Positions 61,993-64,000 of a DNA stretch of 64,000 nt are shown here, one piece after another. A model generated the notes under the pieces. It did not search any database and was not told where the DNA came from. It worked only from the letters and a program-made list of their open reading frames with translations. The stretch is from Octopus sinensis (lineage: Eukaryota): assembly GCF_006345805.1 (NCBI RefSeq), contig NC_043015.1:51026001-51090000 (forward strand), written 5' to 3'. The translations under genes were made by a program, and so were the position numbers. Every line of letters starts with the position of its first letter. The first letter of the stretch is position 1.

Positions 61993-62225
61993 TTCTTCTT
62001 CCTCTTCCTCCTCTTCTTCTTCCTCCTCCTCCTCCTCCTCTTCTTCTTCCTCTTCCTCCTCTTCTTCTTCCTCCCCTCCCCCTCCCCCTCCACTTCCTCC
62101 CCCTCTTCCTCCTCTTCTTCCTCCTCTTCCCCTTCTTCCTCTTCCTCCTCTTCTTCTTCCTCCTCCTCATCCCCCCTGACCCCCTCATTCTCCTCCAACC
62201 CACCTCTCCCCTCCTCCTCCTCCAT
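61795..62225. repeat. (CCT)n/(CTT)n tract
   Basis: Direct reading. Confidence 0.95.
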
Positions 62226-63195
62226 GCCATTGTCATCATCATCATCATCAACAGTATGGGAGCATGTGCCGTAACAGTGGGTCGCTGCATCCACCGTTTG
62301 TTGGTGATTTCCTACTCCTGCTGAACGAACCCCTTTGCAACACCCCTACAACCTATGAGCTTGCTTGGTGTTGGTAGCTGTTAGCAATATATATTTCAGA
62401 AGCTGTTACTACTACAACTCATTCCCTTAACGACTAATTTATTTGTGTGTAAGTAATTACTACATATCTTGAGCTCAGTTTTCTTCTAGTTTTAGTTTCA
62501 GATTAAATTGGTTTCCCCCTTGTGAAATGGCAGATGGTTTAACTCCATATTTCTCAGACTGGTTCTGCTGTAATAGCGTATTTCTGCAGGCATTTTCTAA
62601 ACAGTTCTGACAAAGAAAAAGGAAATAGAATCGAAATTTCCTTGTTTCGTCATTTTAATTATAATTGTTACCCATTGAAAAACTACAAGATTTCATGCTT
62701 TTGTGTTGGAGATTGTAAGATCAATGGTGTTCCGTTGTCGAAGTAAGCAGGTTGAGAAAAAAAATGCTTTCCCTTCGAGGACAGAAAGGTCTCTTTGAGA
62801 TTAGCGTTCTCTGAATGGTAACTTCAAATTAAAAACTTACTAAGACTTCTGAAAACCAAGTAAGCAGCAGCAGCTTACCTTTGAGACATTATCGTATTAT
62901 AACCTGCCCTTTTTTTCTTGCTTCTTTTTGTTTTTGTCTTTAAGTTATAGATTTAAAATAATTTTGTTTTATCACCACCACCACCACCACCATCACCGCA
63001 ACTGCTGCTTCCTCATTCTCCACTGCCTCCTTCTTCTCCACTACTTCCTCATCCTCCACCGCCTCCTGGAAAGCAGACATTAAACAATGATTATACACAC
63101 ACATTCACACATGCATGTACACACACATGCACTCACATATATATGTGTATGTGTGTGTGCATGTATGTATATATGTGTATATATATATATGTATA

Positions 63196-63749
63196 TATAT
63201 TATATTAAATTAGAGATAAAACCACTATTAGGCAAATCATACAATGAAAAACTTAAGCCAATACATAAGATTAATTAATTTATATCATTTAAATATATAT
63301 CAAAATTATTAAAAAAGATAATTAATATAACACTACGATTGTTTCATGGCTGTTCAATTCTTAAAATTTTCGAGTTACAGTCATTCTTCAGGTGGTTTAA
63401 ATATTTAACTTGGCGAGGTTTAATCAATGATCACACACACACATTGATTAAACCTCGCCAAGTTAAATATTTAAACCACCTGAAGAATGACTGTAACTCG
63501 AAAACTTTAAGAATTGAACAGCCATGAAACGATCGTAGTGTTATATTAATTATCTTTTTTAATAATTTTGATATATATTTAAATAATATAAATTAATTAA
63601 TCTTATGTATTGGCTTAAGTTTTTTATTGTATGATTTGCCTAATAGTGGTTTTATCTCTAATTTAATATAATATAATATTTTACTATAAAATTGGATTCA
63701 ATCCTAATCTGATTTTTCCCTGTAAGTTTGGATTTATTCTCTAATATTT

Positions 63750-63750
<1 letters not shown>
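63196..63750. mobile_element. Fold-back element, probably an inverted PLE pseudo-LTR: arms 63196-63429 and 63442-63675, 12-nt loop
   Basis: 234-bp arms with about 4 transition mismatches; CTGAAGA...GAAA core at 63480-63503 mirrored in the left arm; (TA)n flanks. Confidence 0.7.
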
Positions 63751-63799
<49 letters not shown>

Positions 63800-63801
<2 letters not shown>

Positions 63802-63905
63802 GTGGGAGATGTGGCAACAGACAGTTGGAATCTGGACAGCTCTGTATCAAACTTTCTGACTCATGCCAGCATGGAAAGCGGACATTATTGATAATGATGA
63901 TGTTG
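63800..63905 (+). mobile_element. SINE family C, 3' end
   Basis: actcatgccagcatggaaagcggacatt...gatgatg. Confidence 0.7.
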
Positions 63906-64000
63906 CAACATGTAGATATTTCATGTTGCTTTTTTTTTTAAATGCTCTTTATGATAGTTTTGAAAAGCAATTTTCATATTTTCATGTTTCTTATTTTTAG

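Noticed and set aside
61728-62324. Poly-Glu, poly-Arg/Lys and poly-Pro/Leu ORFs
   Set aside because: (CCT)/(CTT) microsatellite

Overview
AT-rich, microsatellite-saturated eukaryotic DNA. The SINE families and repeat landscape look like an octopod cephalopod (Octopus-like) intron or intergenic region; this is inferred from recalled repeat consensus, not from a search. I found no recognisable host protein-coding gene. Most long ORFs in the track are translations of (TA)n, (CA)n, (CAT)n, (CTT)n or (CTAT)n tracts. Supported content: dozens of SINE copies from four families (labelled A-D here); a ~560-bp (AAT)-tailed retroposon including a tandem trimer; RTE-type LINE fragments; and at least three decayed Penelope-like element (PLE) coding remnants (RT and GIY-YIG). 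There are also several PLE pseudo-LTR fragments with hammerhead-ribozyme cores, two U2 snRNA-derived copies in a ~400-bp local duplication, a full-length polyA-tailed 5S rRNA retrocopy, and a mariner-type MITE holding Helentron/HINE-like pieces. The most striking structures are a perfect 132-bp palindrome encoding a complete type I hammerhead on each strand (60425-60556), a 480-bp fold-back with hammerhead-like cores in both arms (63196-63675), and a pre-miRNA-like hairpin (12725-12789). Two isolated minus-strand exon candidates are low confidence. SINE and LINE boundaries are approximate (about +/-10-20 bp).
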